From Lama guanicoe (taxonomy: Eukaryota), in the NCBI GenBank assembly GCA_013239625.1, contig MU053561.1, positions 1,469,520 through 1,533,519 of the forward strand: DNA of 64,000 nt, in the 5' to 3' direction. The notes under the pieces are model-generated. The model was not told the origin of the DNA. It worked only from the letters and a program-made list of their open reading frames with translations, and made no database searches. Positions 13,421 through 26,770 of this stretch are shown piece by piece. The translations under genes were made by a program, and so were the position numbers. Every line of letters begins with the position of its first letter. Positions within the stretch are counted from its first letter, which is position 1.

Positions 13421-15249
13421 GAAAATCTACTTAGATTTATGTAGAAAACCCAACAGTACTTAACCCATTATTCTAAAGTAGGTGAATAGCAAGCTAAAAG
13501 CCCATGATTTTAAAGCTCAACAGTTTATAATTTTACAAAATTACATAGTATTGAGTTTTAAATCATGGTTAATGTTAACATGACATCAACAAATGTGGTC
13601 CTTAGTTACTAGGCAGACAGAAAAGAGGTAGAGAGGCAGACACCCTAACCTGGTGCTCCCATAAGATAGGATAATGAGAGAGCCAGAAATTTGTGATACG
13701 GATAGTAGGAATAAAGGTGCAGTGGGCACTGTCCTGAGGTCTGACCTGTATACACCTTTACAGTCAGTGCTTAGCTCTTCTTAAGAGGGGATTCCTGATA
13801 ATTCTACATGTCAGGACTTCTTCTAGCAACTCTCAGGTGCATCTGAAATCCTGATGACAGCAATTAGTATATTCCATCACACCCATATTTTACATATAGC
13901 TGTTTTGTCTAAAATCTGCCGAAGTCAAGAGTAAGAAAACTACTGTCTGCTCGCAGGCCCTCTGCCCCATCTTTCCTCTCAACTTCCTTCCTCTTTTGTC
14001 TGGAATAACTTTCACTTAGTGATTAGTGACTTTGTTCAATCCATCAGTACTTGTCAGAATTACATCAGTCTCTTGGGCATTCAACAAAATCTAAACTGAC
14101 AGAAAAACAGCCTACCGAAGGAAGTTCACAATCTGGAGAGTGGAAAAAGAGACAAAAAGGATGGGACAAAGACAAAGAAAAGGTTGAGGCTGAGGCATAG
14201 GAGGATCTTTGGAAGAAGAAATTTGAAATTAGTTCCAGTTTATTGTCATGGTATGAAACTTTTAACAGCAAAGAATATGTGATTCAGAGCTAATTGTCAA
14301 AGAAGAAATTGTGCTTATTCATTACACAGAGGTCATATTATTTTTTTTTGTATTCTTTGACCCTTAGTTGGTGATGCTGAAAAGGTTTTTCTTCTATGAG
14401 CCAAGGAGTCATTTATACTCATTTATACATTTTTCTCTGTAGCTTTTTTTTTTTTCCGAGGGATTGAATTACACCTCCAGAGACATGGACTTGAAGCCTA
14501 AGAATGGACAGAAGCCTCAGTGCTTTACAGGAGTAACTAGGGATTCATGGGACTAAGGGCTGGTAAAACAATAAGAAGTAATATCTTTCCCAGGTTGGCA
14601 ACCTTGAGGCATTGGGGAGGTTGAAAAGAATGAGAGGTCAGCGTTATCCAACAGATTCCATTCAGTTGGCATTCAGCTTTTCAAATAGCCTACAGTATAG
14701 AGAGCCATACAGGGTGTGGGCACGGAGTAACTTGGTTTCCATTTCCTTGGGGCTCCAAGTTCACAGAGTATAATTACTGTCTTTTACCACTATTTTTAAT
14801 GGGTCTTTTACCCAACCGGGTTGAACTATGTTCCTGTTCATCTCTGTTCTTTTGACGCTAAAGTGTCTGTCACCATGGTTACTGACTGTCTCCACGACCT
14901 TCAGAATGCCAGTGTGTATTCTGGGTACAAGGTGGTAATAAAAAGGCCTATGGCTATCAACTTACTAAGTTATAGCCTGACACCTAGCAAAAAACAGAAC
15001 CCCAAGGGAATGAGAAGCTAGACTGTTAAGCATTGGTGAGTACCAGAAAAGGCATGTGGGTGTGTGGTATGGGGTGCCAGAATGAGGAGCAAGTGCATAG
15101 AAGTGCTGTGGGTGTGGGAGCGGGTATCAGCTACAAGAAGGCTGTGAAGCCTGAGGGCTTGGCCTTGGCAGGGGTTTCAGTGAGGTTTAGGAGGACAGCA
15201 GAGAAGGCACATCTTACTGACTTCTGCAAAGTCTACTTAGAATTTGGTT

Positions 15250-15455
15250 AGTGAAAAGAGCTTCAGAGAATTTTGTTTCAATCCCAGTTTCTTCAGTTAG
15301 TGGGCTTGATGTTAAGCAAGGATTTCTGTGGAATTCTCAGTTTTCACATCTATAAAATTTGTAGAATGAAATCTACTGAGCCTGCCTCACAGGATTGTCT
15401 TGAGAGTTCACTAATATTATGTAAATAAAGGGGTTTTGGAAACTGAAAATTCATG
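15250..15455 (+). mobile_element. MIR SINE
   Basis: 'ctcagttttcacatctataaaat...ctgcctcacaggattgtcttgag'. Confidence 0.6.
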
Positions 15456-15899
15456 TACAAGACAACCATATTTGGGGACAGCTTACTGCCTCCAGCTCTG
15501 TTCCTTTTTAAAGAGGTTTCCTTGATAGAGAAATGGAATCTCTGGAGTAGGAAATAATTGAAGGAGAATGGTGAGACTCCAAACGAAGAGGCAAGCAGGA
15601 AATTTGTTTAAAGTGCTCAGTGTTAGTGCTATGTTCTTCTATGTCAGTAATTGGAACAGTCATTTTCTGTTGCCTTCCTTTTGGTAGGAAATATGACTCT
15701 ATGAAGCATGCTTAGTGGGGTGAGGTGATCTTGTAATTTATATAATATGTATTCCTCATCATTGAGGAAAAGAGACAACTATTCCTCTTGGAAAATCGTG
15801 AAGTTTGAAATAATTCTTTATAAGAGAGAAACTCTCCCTAATCACTTGATTTTCATAGAAACTGTGTTTCACAGCAGTACATACTTAAAAAGAAAAAAT

Positions 15900-16700
15900 A
15901 ACACAGGATACTTCAACTGTATGTATACTTTAAAAATTCAAAATAAAGATTTAAATCAAATATAGCAAAATGTTCAGATTTTAGAAAGTTGATAGGTGAA
16001 TTTACTTACCAACTGTATGCTTGAAGTATTTCTTAACAAAAGTTACAATTAAAAACAAAATAGAACAATTACAGAATTTTTGCCAATAATTTCTTATAGG
16101 ATAACAAAAAATAAGGATTATTAATTTAAAAAAAAAGAAAGGAGAGAAAAAGGAACTCAGAAATTACGAAGCTAGTAGAAAACAAATTGTAAGATATAGA
16201 CTGAAAGCCAGATATATCAGTAATTTACATCAACTGCAAATACACCAAGATTCCCTAATAAAATAGGATTATCAGACTGAAGTTAAAAGAAACAAACTAT
16301 ATGTTCTTTATAAAATGTACTTTTAATGTGACTATACAGAAAGATTAAAAGGATAGAAAATGCCAGTATGTAAACACTAACCAGAGGAATGATTGCAATA
16401 AACAGACAATGGATTTTATTCGTAGGATAAGATTAAAAATTAAAAAAAAATTAAAAATAGAAATAAATATTTTTTCAATGATTAAACAATCAAAGTCATC
16501 AGTAACATCACACACACATATGTGTTACATAGATAGATATATATGTATATGTATATGTGTATATATAAATATATATAGACAGATATGTATCTATATATAT
16601 ACTCCTAACTATTATGGCCTTAAAAAATTGAAAGCAAATACTGAAAAAATAAAAAATAAATAGTAAACCTACAATCAAGTGAGATATTTCTTTACATTGT
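15900..16700 (+). mobile_element. Old L1 fragments including the ORF2 start region, containing a (TA/CA)-rich tract
   Basis: 'atatatcagtaatttacatcaactgcaaat...ggattatcagactg...aaacactaaccagagg' is L1 endonuclease-like; low-complexity tract at ~16510-16602. Confidence 0.55.
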
Positions 16701-19700
16701 TTTAATGAAGGTACGATTAGCATTCAGTGAAATGTACAGTCTTAAATTGTGAGTTTAAGTATTTACAAATACATGTACTTATGTAATCCACTCCCCTATC
16801 AAAAGTGGAAATGTTTCAGTCACCTTAGAAAGTTCACTCCTGTCCCTGTCAATTCTGTCTTGCCAGGGGCAACCACTGTTCTGATTTCTTTCACCATGTG
16901 TTTTGTCTTCTGGTTTCATATAAATGAAATCACATGGTATGTACTCTTCGGCTTCTTCAGCATAATTTTGGGATTCAGCTATTTTTTCCTATGTACCAGT
17001 CCTTTTTTCTATTGCTAAGTAGTAGTCCACTGAATGAATATACCGTAGTTTGTATATACAGTGTCCCCTTAATGGACATATGGGCTGTTTTCAGTTGACT
17101 ATTATGAATAATGCTGCTATGACATTTTCATACAAGTCTTTTTGTGGTTATGTGTTTTTGTTTCATTTGGATAAATACCTGGAAGTGGAACTGATGAATC
17201 ATAGGGTAGGTATAGCTTAGCTATATTAGAAGTTGCCCAATGGTCTGTGGTCTATTTTAGGTTTACTCTGCATATAGCTACTGACTAATAATTATAAACA
17301 TTTTTTTTACATTTTGGCCATTTCTGTATCTCTTTTTGTGAAGTGCCTATTTAAATTTTTTACCCATTTTGGTAGGGTTGTCTTTTATATTATTGAAAAA
17401 GGCCTTTCTAATCTGTATATATTGAAACATTTTCTCCTGGTTTGTTGTTTACCTGTTATTTTTCTTAGTGGTGAATTTTGATGAACAAAAGTTTTGAATT
17501 ATGAAGAGGTCTAATTTATTAATTTTGTTTCTTCTGTGGTTAGTGCTTTGTAAGACTGATCTAGGGAAGTTTGGCCAAGACAAAAATCTTGAAGACATTC
17601 CCCCAATTTTTTTCTAGAACCTTTATAGTTACAGTTTTTATCTTTAGGGCAATGATATATCTTGAATACAATTTTTGGGTGGTGTGAAAAAGTTTGAGTT
17701 TATTTTTTATATGGATATCCAGTTGTTTAAGTGTCATTTATTGAAAGGCCTTTTCTCTCCCCCAATGAATTGCTTTGTTGACTATGACAAAATCATAGGC
17801 CATATAATTGTAGGTCTCTATCTAGACTCTTCATTGTGTTTCACTGACCAGCTTGTCCATCTTTGTGTTAATAATTACTGTAGTTTTATTAAAAGACTTA
17901 AGGACAGGTAGTGTAGGTCCTCCATCTTGGTTCTTGATTTGTAGATTATTCTGGCTATTTGTAGGTTATTTGTGTTTCATATAAATGTTGGGATTTCTTG
18001 GACATTTTTACAGAAAAGGCAGCTGGGACTTTCATTGGAATTGGGTTGAATCTGTAGATCATTTGGGGAGAATAGAAATTTTAATATTTAATCCTTCAAT
18101 ACATTAACATGCTATATTTCTTCATTAATGTAGATCTTTAATTTTCCTCAGGAGCATAATTATATGAATAGATTTTGCATATATTTTATCATAAATATTT
18201 TATGACTTTTAATATACCATAAATGATACTTTTTTATTATCTATTCCAAGTTTTTATTAGTATTATAGGAAAAATTAATGATTGTTGATTATTGATCATA
18301 TTTCTTGTGATCCTGTTAAATTCACTTATTAGTTCCAGTAGCTTTTTTCATAGATTCCTTAGAACTTTTTGTGTACCTGACTAGCACATCTATAAATAAA
18401 GGTACTTTAACTTATTTCTTTCTATTTTGTTTGCTTTTTGTTTTGTTTGTTCTTCATCTAATAGTACTTTCTAAGATTTTAAGGGAAGTTTTGAATAGAA
18501 GTAGAGAGCATATCTCCTTGCCTTTTCCCCAATATTAGGGGGAAAATGCTCGGTCTTTCATCATTAAATATAACATTGGCTATAGTTTTTTTAATAGATG
18601 CTACCTACCGTTGTTGAGAGAGATTTCATCTATTACAAGTCTGGATGTTGAATTCTGTCAGATATTTTTCCCCTCATCCATAGGCGGATCATCTGGTTTT
18701 ATCCTTTATTCTGATAAGCTTCATTTCATCATGTTATGTTCTTCTTTTATATTTTGCTGAATTTGGCTTACTAGTATTTTGTTAAGATTGTTGAGTGTGT
18801 GTTAATGAAGTATATTAGTTTTAAATTTTTGTTTGATTTTTAAAAGAGGGCAATGGTGAATTGAATGAATAATGAAGTAAAGTGTTCCCTTCTCTCCTAC
18901 TTTATGAAGGTGGTGGTAGGATTAGATTATTTTTTAAATTTGTGTTGACAGAATTCACCAGTTAAGCTTGTGTGTGTGTGTTTAATTATGAAGGTGTTTA
19001 ATTATTAATTTAATTTTTAGTAGTTATAAAGCTATTAAGGTTTTCTATTTCTTCTTTTTTTGTTTTAAGTATTTACCTTTTAAGGGAATTTGCTATTACC
19101 TTTAAGTTGTCAACTGTATTGGCATAAAATTGTTGATAGTACTCTTTTATTATCTTTTTTAGCCCCTTCTAATACTGGTAATTTGTGTCTTCTTTCTCTT
19201 TCTCTCTTTTTGTGAACAGCCTAGCTAATATTTTACCAATTTAAATGACCTTTACAAAGACAGGGGTTTTTTTTTCCATTAATTTTCTTTATTGTTTGTC
19301 CATTTTTAATGCCATGTATGTCCACTGTTACCTGTTTAATTTCCTTCCTTCTATTTCTAATAAGTTTAATTTTCTTTTATTTTTACTTCTTTAGAGGGAA
19401 ATTTATTTATTTTAAAATATTTTCTCTTTTCTTTCCACAAGTATCTAAAATTATAAAAGTTCCTCCTAAGCACTGCTTTAGTTACATTGCACAAGTTTTG
19501 ATATGTTGTATTTTAATTATCCTGCAGATTGAGATATTTTCTGACTTCCCTCATTAGTTTTATTTTTAGCTCATGATTTATCTAGAAATGTGCTGCTTAA
19601 TGTTGGGCCATTTTCCAGATAATTTTATTGTTACTGATCTGTAATTCATATCATTGTTTTCAGAAAACATACTCAACATTATTTAGTTGTTTTGAATTTA

Positions 19701-21640
19701 TTAAGATTTGTCCTAGAATATAATCTCACTGTGGTTTACATTCCACTGGCACCTTAAAATAATGTGTTTTCTATGTTTTGTGTCAGTTTTATATGTATCA
19801 AATGATCGATAGTAGTGGATTAATCTTCTACATCCTTATTGAATTTTATCTTTTTGTCTACCAATTGCCTAGAAAATAAAATTAAAATCACTAACTCTGA
19901 TTGTGGATTTGTCTATTTCTACCTTTGATTCCATCAGTTTTGCTGCATGCATTTTGAAGTTCTGTAATTATTGATATGTACATTTAGGTTTATTACATAT
20001 TTTTGGTAAATTGACCCTTTTCTCATTGTGAAATTTTCCTCTTTATTTCTGGTAATTGTCCCTTGCCTAAAACCTACTTTGTCTCATATTACTATAGCCA
20101 TTCCAGCTTTCTAATGATTAGGATTTGCATAGTGTTTATTTCGTATTCCTTTTCCATTTAACCTGTCTTTCTATTTAAAGTACAGCTTTTATAAATAGCG
20201 TATAGGTGAATGTTGCTTGTTTATTCAGTCTAACAATTTCTATCCTTTATTGGAATGTGTAGTTCACATACATTTCATATATTGTTTAATTCAGGTTTAC
20301 TAGTTTTACTTTAGGTCTGCAATTTCTCTTCTCTTCTCTTTATTCTTTTTCTCTATTTTCTTCCTTTTTTAAATTAACAGAGCAATTGTTACTATATACT
20401 ATTTTATATGTTGGCTTTTTATTTATACCTCTTATTTAAATTTTATTTTTTATTGAACTGTAGTTGATTTACAATGTTAGTTTCAAATGTACAGCAAAGT
20501 GATTCAGTTATACATACACATACATATATGTTTTTTCTTTTCAGATTCTTTTCCATTATATGTTATTACAAGAAAGTGAATATAATTCCCTGTGCTATAC
20601 AGTAAGTCTTTGTTATTTATCTGTTTTATATGTATTAGTGTGTATCTGTTAATTCCAAGCTCCTAATTTATTCCTCCCCTACTCTTTCCCCTTTGGTAAC
20701 CATAATTTGTTTTCTGTGTCCATGAGTCTAATTTTGGTTTGTAAATACAATTTGTATCATTCTTTTTAGATTCCACAAATAAGTGATATCATATGATATT
20801 TGTCTTTGTCTGACTTACTTCACTTAATATGATATACCTCTTTTATTTTTAATGTTTGATCTAAATTTACTCTTTATACCTTTATCTAACAACAGTTCAG
20901 TTTATTGGGAATTAATATTTTATCATTTCACACAGAATATAAGAACCTACAACAGTATATACCTTGCTTTCTTTCCCATCTTTGTACAGTTGCTGTCATG
21001 CATCTTACTTCTGTATATAGATATAAACTCTATAATATATTATAATTTTTACTTCAATCAGTCACTTATCTTTTAAACCAGTTCAAGGAGGAGAAACATA
21101 AAATTATTCTAGGCTTATTTACATGTTTATTATTTGGTAAATCTTCATGTTGTGTGCAGATTTGAGTTTCCATTTACTACCATTTGCTTCTCCCTATAGA
21201 ACTTCCTGTAATATTTATTACAGTGTAGACCTGCTGGCCACAGATTCTCTTAGAACTTACTTGTCTGAGTATATCTTTGTTCCACCTTCATTTCTGAAGA
21301 ATATTTTCACTGGATATGGAATTCTGGGTTATTAACCATTTTAAGATGTCTTCTTGTTGCCTTTTGGCTTTCATTGTTTCCTTTGACAATTTAGCAGTAA
21401 TTCTTATTATTGTTTTCCTGTTTTTAAAGTATCTATTTTGGGGGAAGGGATGCTTTTAATATTTTCCTGTTGTTTTTTAGCAACTTAATTATGATGTGCG
21501 TAAGTGTGATATTCCTTGTATTTCTGCTGCTTGGGGATTATTAGATTTCTTAGATTTGTAAACTTATAGTTCTCATGAAATCTGAAAAATATTCAGCCGT
21601 TATTTACTTCAGTATTTTATGCCCCAGACTCTCCTCTCCT
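16700..21640 (-). mobile_element. Long old L1 (3' UTR through ORF2 into ORF1-like sequence), decayed
   Basis: Continuous reverse L1 signal, e.g. 'ttcattggaattgggttgaatctgtagatcatttggggagaatag' and 'gaagaatattttcactggatatggaattctgggtt'. Confidence 0.85.
20434..20832 (-). mobile_element. Younger L1 3' end nested in the old L1
   Basis: 'tttttattgaactgtagttgatttacaatgttagtttc...'; 10-bp TSD tatacctctt at 20424-20433 and 20833-20842. Confidence 0.9.
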
Positions 21641-21699
21641 TCCATTCGTACCAGAATGACTAAAGTTTTCAGGTGTGGAATAACTGAAAATCTCTTTTT

Positions 21700-22270
21700 T
21701 TAGAGGTAAGAATGCAAATTGGTACAACCAGGTAGGGAAACTGGTTTTCATTTTCTACTAAAGTTTATTTACATACCTAATTATACAAATATTACATTCC
21801 CAGATATATACTCAAAAGTATGTCCATATACACACCAAAAGACATGGGATGTAAAGAATGTAAAAACACAAATTTGGAAATAAATTAATGTAGTATAATC
21901 AGTTATTATATATGATCATTACCATTACATCCAGCAATGAAAATAAATTATCTACTACATGCAGTAATGTGGACAAAGATCACAAACATGATGTTGAGCC
22001 AAAGCAACCAAAGAAAGAAGAATTCATACAGTGTGGGTTTATTTATATAAAATATTAAAATAGACAAAACCAACCTGTGATGTTAGAAATTAGGATAGTG
22101 GTTTTCCTTTGGGTAGGAGGACAGTGAATGAAGCAGGTATGCGAGAACTTTCTGGTTATGTTCACTTTGTGAAAATTCTCTGAGCTATATCCATTTCTGT
22201 GTACGCTTATGTACTTCTGTATGTATGTTGCAAAGCACCTTTCCATATAATTGTTACAGTTCATTAAAAA
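21700..22270 (+). mobile_element. Old L1 (L1ME-like) 3' fragment
   Basis: 'aatgcaaattggtacaacc...gatgttagaaattaggatagtggttttccttt'. Confidence 0.65.
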
Positions 22271-22709
22271 GGTTAAAAGAAGAAAAATTAAAAGAGTTAA
22301 AATTAAGTTAAATAATAAATTATTGATTTTTGTTAGTTAATCAATACTGCTTTGGGAATTAAAATTATACAAATCAAAACAGGTAAATATTTATTTCATT
22401 TAGGTACCAAATTCTGAAGTGATGAGACTCAATAAAATTTGCTCAACTTTACACGTTGTTCCCTCTCTGCATATTCCATAGTGGGCTTCTCCCACTCCAA
22501 TTCCAGAATATTTTCTTTATAGTTTGAACACAGATGTAAGTGGATTTTTTTTTATGCTGTGGAAATATCCAAGCAGAAACTCTTTAGATGGTTGGAATGC
22601 AGAAGCAAAGCTCTTTCTCTCCCTCCTCCTCTCCATTGCCCACCATATGTTTCAGAAGGGCCAAGGAGGAATTTGCTACTGACTAGAGAGAGAGGGAATG
22701 TGAAGGAGA

Positions 22710-22995
22710 CAGAGAGAGAAGTTGTTTTGCATTTGGTGAATGAAGTATATGGGTAATGAAGATCTTTGAGGGAGGGTAAACTAATAAATGCTGTCTGTTT
22801 GGACTTTCAAATTTCTCTTCACAAGTTTCCTTATGGTGATGAAACCACTTTAAATCTGTGTGCAAAATTAATTTTTAGGTATATTCAAACTAGTTCATAT
22901 TGGATAATATATGGATACTTTAGAGAAAGCATAATAAAGTTTTTACATTAACTGGAAAGTGATACAAAGGGCAAATTTTCTGTTCAAGAGAAAGT
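22710..22995 (+). mobile_element. CR1/L3-like LINE reverse transcriptase fossil
   Basis: REGKLINAVCLDFQISLHKFPY (ORF 22766-22951) resembles CR1 RT DEGxxVDVxYLDFxKAFDKVPH; a frameshifted RSC motif lies just upstream. Confidence 0.55.
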
Positions 22996-23038
22996 GAGAT
23001 TGAGAATGAGAGTGAAAGGCAATTACTTCTTGCCTTCT

Positions 23039-23131
23039 TTTTTTAACATTTTTTATTGATTTATAATCATTTTATAATGTTGTGTCAAATTCCAGTGTTC
23101 AGCACAATTTTTCAGTCATTCATGGACATTG
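23039..23131 (-). mobile_element. Very short (~90 bp) young L1 3' terminus
   Basis: Poly-T then reverse L1 tail; 13-bp TSD cttcttgccttct at 23026-23038 and 23132-23144. Confidence 0.9.
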
Positions 23132-23171
23132 CTTCTTGCCTTCTGAGCAGAGAAGAAAACTAAGAAAAGAA

Positions 23172-23738
23172 AAATGACACCTGCACCCCAATGTTCATAG
23201 CAGCACTATTTACAATAGCCAAGACATGGAAACAGCCTAAATGTCCATCAACGGATGACTGGATAAAGAAGATGTGGTATATTTATACAATGGAATACTA
23301 CTCAGCCATAAAAATCAACAACATAAGGCCATTTGCAGCAACATGGATGTTCCTTGAGAATGTCATTCTAAGTGAAATAAGCCAGAAAGAGAAAGAAAAA
23401 TACCATATGAGGTCACTTATATGTGGAATCTAAAAAAATAAAAACAGAAATACAAAACAGAAATAGACTCATAGACATAGAATACAAACTTGTGGTTGCC
23501 AAGAGGGCGGGTGATGGGAAGGGACAGACTGGTATTTCAAAATGTAGAATAGATAAACAAGATTATACTGTATAGCACAGGGAAATTTATACAAGATCTT
23601 GTGGTAGCTCATGGCAAAAAAAATGTGACAATGAATATATGTATGTTCATGTATAACCGAAAAATTGTGCTCTACACTGGAATTTGACACAACATTCAAA
23701 AATGACTATTACTCAATAAAAAAATTTTAAAAAAAACT
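23172..23738 (+). mobile_element. Young 5'-truncated L1 (ORF2 C-terminus plus 3' UTR)
   Basis: MFIAALFTIAKTWKQPKCPSTDDWIKKMWYIYTMEYYSAIK (23191-23433); TSD taagaaaagaa at 23161-23171 and 23739-23749. Confidence 0.95.
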
Positions 23739-24439
23739 TAAGAAAAGAACACTCTAACACTTTCTCTTACTGGGAGTTTCTCCTTGATAGCTGAGAAAGA
23801 GGAAAATAGGCAGAGAGAGAAAGCAAGAACATTAAGGAATCCCAGTACTGAGCATGAAATGGTGCTGATGAGACCCCTTTAGGTAGTGAGCCAAAAGCTA
23901 ACTGCTCTTGAATTATTAAGAGGACTTTTGATCCAAACTCAGTAAGCTGATCTGAAGTTCCTAAGGTACAACACACCACAGAAGAGCTGTGACAAGTGTT
24001 TTACACAAGTCTACTGCTGGAAGTTTGGAATGCCAACTAATTTATTCCTTCAGTCCCTTAAATTAGTTGATAATAAATATAAAACAAACGATGGTCAACT
24101 TATCAGCTCTAAAAATAAGTAAGTACCCAGTAACTCCTACAGGACAAGATTCCCAGGTAACCATAAGTTAGAAAACAAAGGTGGGTCCTCAGGACTAGGT
24201 AGCTTTCTGCTACTTCTCCAGTTTAGACCTTGGGACTTATCTTGGCAAGTGAGAGGTTGGAAAATGGACTCTTGAGTGCATTCACCCAGGGAGATTGTAG
24301 ACCTGTGGTACAAGCCAAGTCACAAGCCGAGTGACTAGCAGAATGCAGAATGAGAGAGAGAGCTGAGTGCCTCCAAGCAAATATCTAATGGGTGGTTACT
24401 CAAGAAGGCAGGAAGCAGAAGGTAGGTCACCTTCCCTCC

Positions 24440-24830
24440 TGTCTGGAGAGTTTTCTGGGAAGCAGACATGGAGTTGGAGTTAGGCATAAAGAAGGTTTAT
24501 GGGGAAGTAAAACTTATGAAAGAAAAAGGGAGGAGGCAGGATTGTGCAAGGAAATTCTCAGACCGCAATGCAAACCTGACAAAAGTCTCCGCAGAACAGA
24601 GAGCTCTACAGCAGAGACTGACCATCAGAGAAGCGCTGCTTTGGGCAGAACAGGCTGGGCACTTGTACTACCCACTTGTTCAGTCATTGGCTGAGTGCCT
24701 AGCGAGTCTTCTGCTCAAGACGGCAGATCCTACAGAAGTTAAGAGCTGGAAGCAATCAGTTACCACGCTCCTGGAAGCTGGTGGTACTTTCTCGAAGGCA
24801 GGTCTGAGCAGCTTATCTCCATGTCTGCTA
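24440..24830 (-). mobile_element. ERVL LTR (LTR16-like), 3' LTR of the adjacent internal fragment
   Basis: 'ttttctgggaagcagacatggagttggagttaggc...ggtttatgggg...gaggaggcaggattg' matches the recalled reverse LTR16 family. Confidence 0.7.
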
Positions 24831-26770
24831 TAATCCACACGCTGTGCCATGCGGATCCACTTCTCTGTACACTCATGGGGAAGAACAGCTCCTTCAGGGC
24901 TCTGTGGAAAACTTAGTAAAGGGAGGTCGGCAGAACAAAGTAAAGTCCCACTGCTGCAGTTCGTCCTGGGACTCCAGCTGGCAGTTGTTTCCCTCCTCCA
25001 CTCTCCATTCAGATTCCCTTACTCTCAACTGCCACCACGGCTTACTTGGTGGGATGACCGAATGCTTCATTTCTGGGGGTCTGAACCCCTGGTAACCATG
25101 TCTTTCTCAGATTGCATTATTGCATTCTCTAATCACAGTTACAGTTGAGCATAGGAGTACCAAAGGGTGCCCAGCTGAGTCACTTGAGTTTGACACATAT
25201 TCCATTCCTCCCTGTCCCCATTGTATAATGCTAACTCCTCAGTTAGCCCTGACAAGATGATGACTCCTCTTCTTGCTTCCTGGTCTCTGAACACAAGGTT
25301 CCTAAAGTACCTAAGTAGCAGCTGTAGTTTGCACCTCCTTTGGGAACCAGGACATTTGATCCTGCAGAGTCCAGAGTTGCAGGGGTTAGAAGCACAGAGT
25401 GGCTTGTTAGGTGATGGTAAGTGGGGGGTCCTTGGTTCATGGACTTAAGTAAACTTCCTATTGAGGGAAGAGAACCACACAGAAGACTCTGATTCAATGC
25501 ATATTCTGCATCCTGAAGAATGGTACCCTATCCCTTCAGGATGTTACCTGTGACCTGGCCTGTCACCGGTATCTTTAGCAGGTCATTCCACTGCTGTGAG
25601 GTTGGCAGTTTTCAGGTGGTGCAATATGTGAAAAGATAAGTAGGACTATGATCACAGGCCCATATCAACCCCTCCTTCAGTGGAAAGTGTGTTCCCTGAC
25701 CAGATGGGATATTGTGTGGTGTTCCATGCCTGTGGACCAGGCACTGTGTAAGTCCCACATTGTGGTGTTGGTTGAGTCAACCAAACTCGACCTGGAATAG
25801 ATGTCTGTTTCTGCTGGACCTTATAGGACAGAAGGGGCCAGATTTTTCTCTGCTGCATTTGACAGTCTTGATTCTGACTTGAAATTGTCTATTATTTTGG
25901 TGCCATCTTGCCTTTAAGGTTTCTTCAAGGTATAGCGACATTTTGAGGTCTCAATATTGGTCTCTGTTGTTGGCAAGGTTTAAGTTTAGAGGCAGGTACA
26001 ATTAAATTGGCCTTGTAAGTGGGTGTTCACTATGACTCATGCCTCACCTTCATCTTTGCCACCATGTCCACTTGGTTTGCATGCTCATCTTGACAGCCCT
26101 AAGATGGCTGCTAACAAAATCTGTCTAACATCTGTTGGCCAAGTCATTTTATCTTTATGGAGCTTCTTCTGTTATGGATGCTTTCTGATGGGTATTAACA
26201 CATGATACAATGATCTTCACATTTGTGTTGACTCTCACATGTCTATTTGTATGCCTCCATCTCAAGCCTCCTTGTTTTGATGTTTCAGTCTTTCTCCTTT
26301 CAGGCCCCTGCACAACTGATCAGGCTGTTCACTACTACTGATTAGTCCATGTATATTCTAACTTAGAAACACTTTTCATTCCACCAAAGAAGATGACCAA
26401 GTATGTCATCTAAAGCTCAGTCTCTTGAGCAGATTTCTTTGCCACTTTCTCTCAAGCCACCCCCAAGTGAAGCTGTAGTCCAGTTGTCATCCAGCTTTGT
26501 CTTCCGTGTATGTATCAAGCCATCCATGCATTAACCAAGCTCAGGCTTTTTCTTCCTCCTCCTTCAGCCATAGGTGGAAGTTGAGAGGGGTGCTAGTGCA
26601 CCCATGGTAGGTAAAAAAATGAAGGTCTGGGATTCTTGCTCATTTAGGTTGCTTGTGTCCTCTAGTCATACTCAAGCTCAGTCTAGGATATACCACCTCT
26701 GTCTTATGGTGGATTGCTGCTGGGCATGCCTAGTTTCTCTCTGTTGAATTGGACAGCCATGATTCTGACC
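24831..26770 (-). mobile_element. ERVL internal region (ERV3-16A3-like), decayed pol RNase H/integrase
   Basis: Minus-strand HGTPHNIPSGQGTHFPLKEGLIWACD (~25650-25730) resembles ERVL IN HGIPHSIASDQGTHFTAKEV..WA; HAQQQSTIRQRWYILD at ~26680-26730. Confidence 0.85.
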
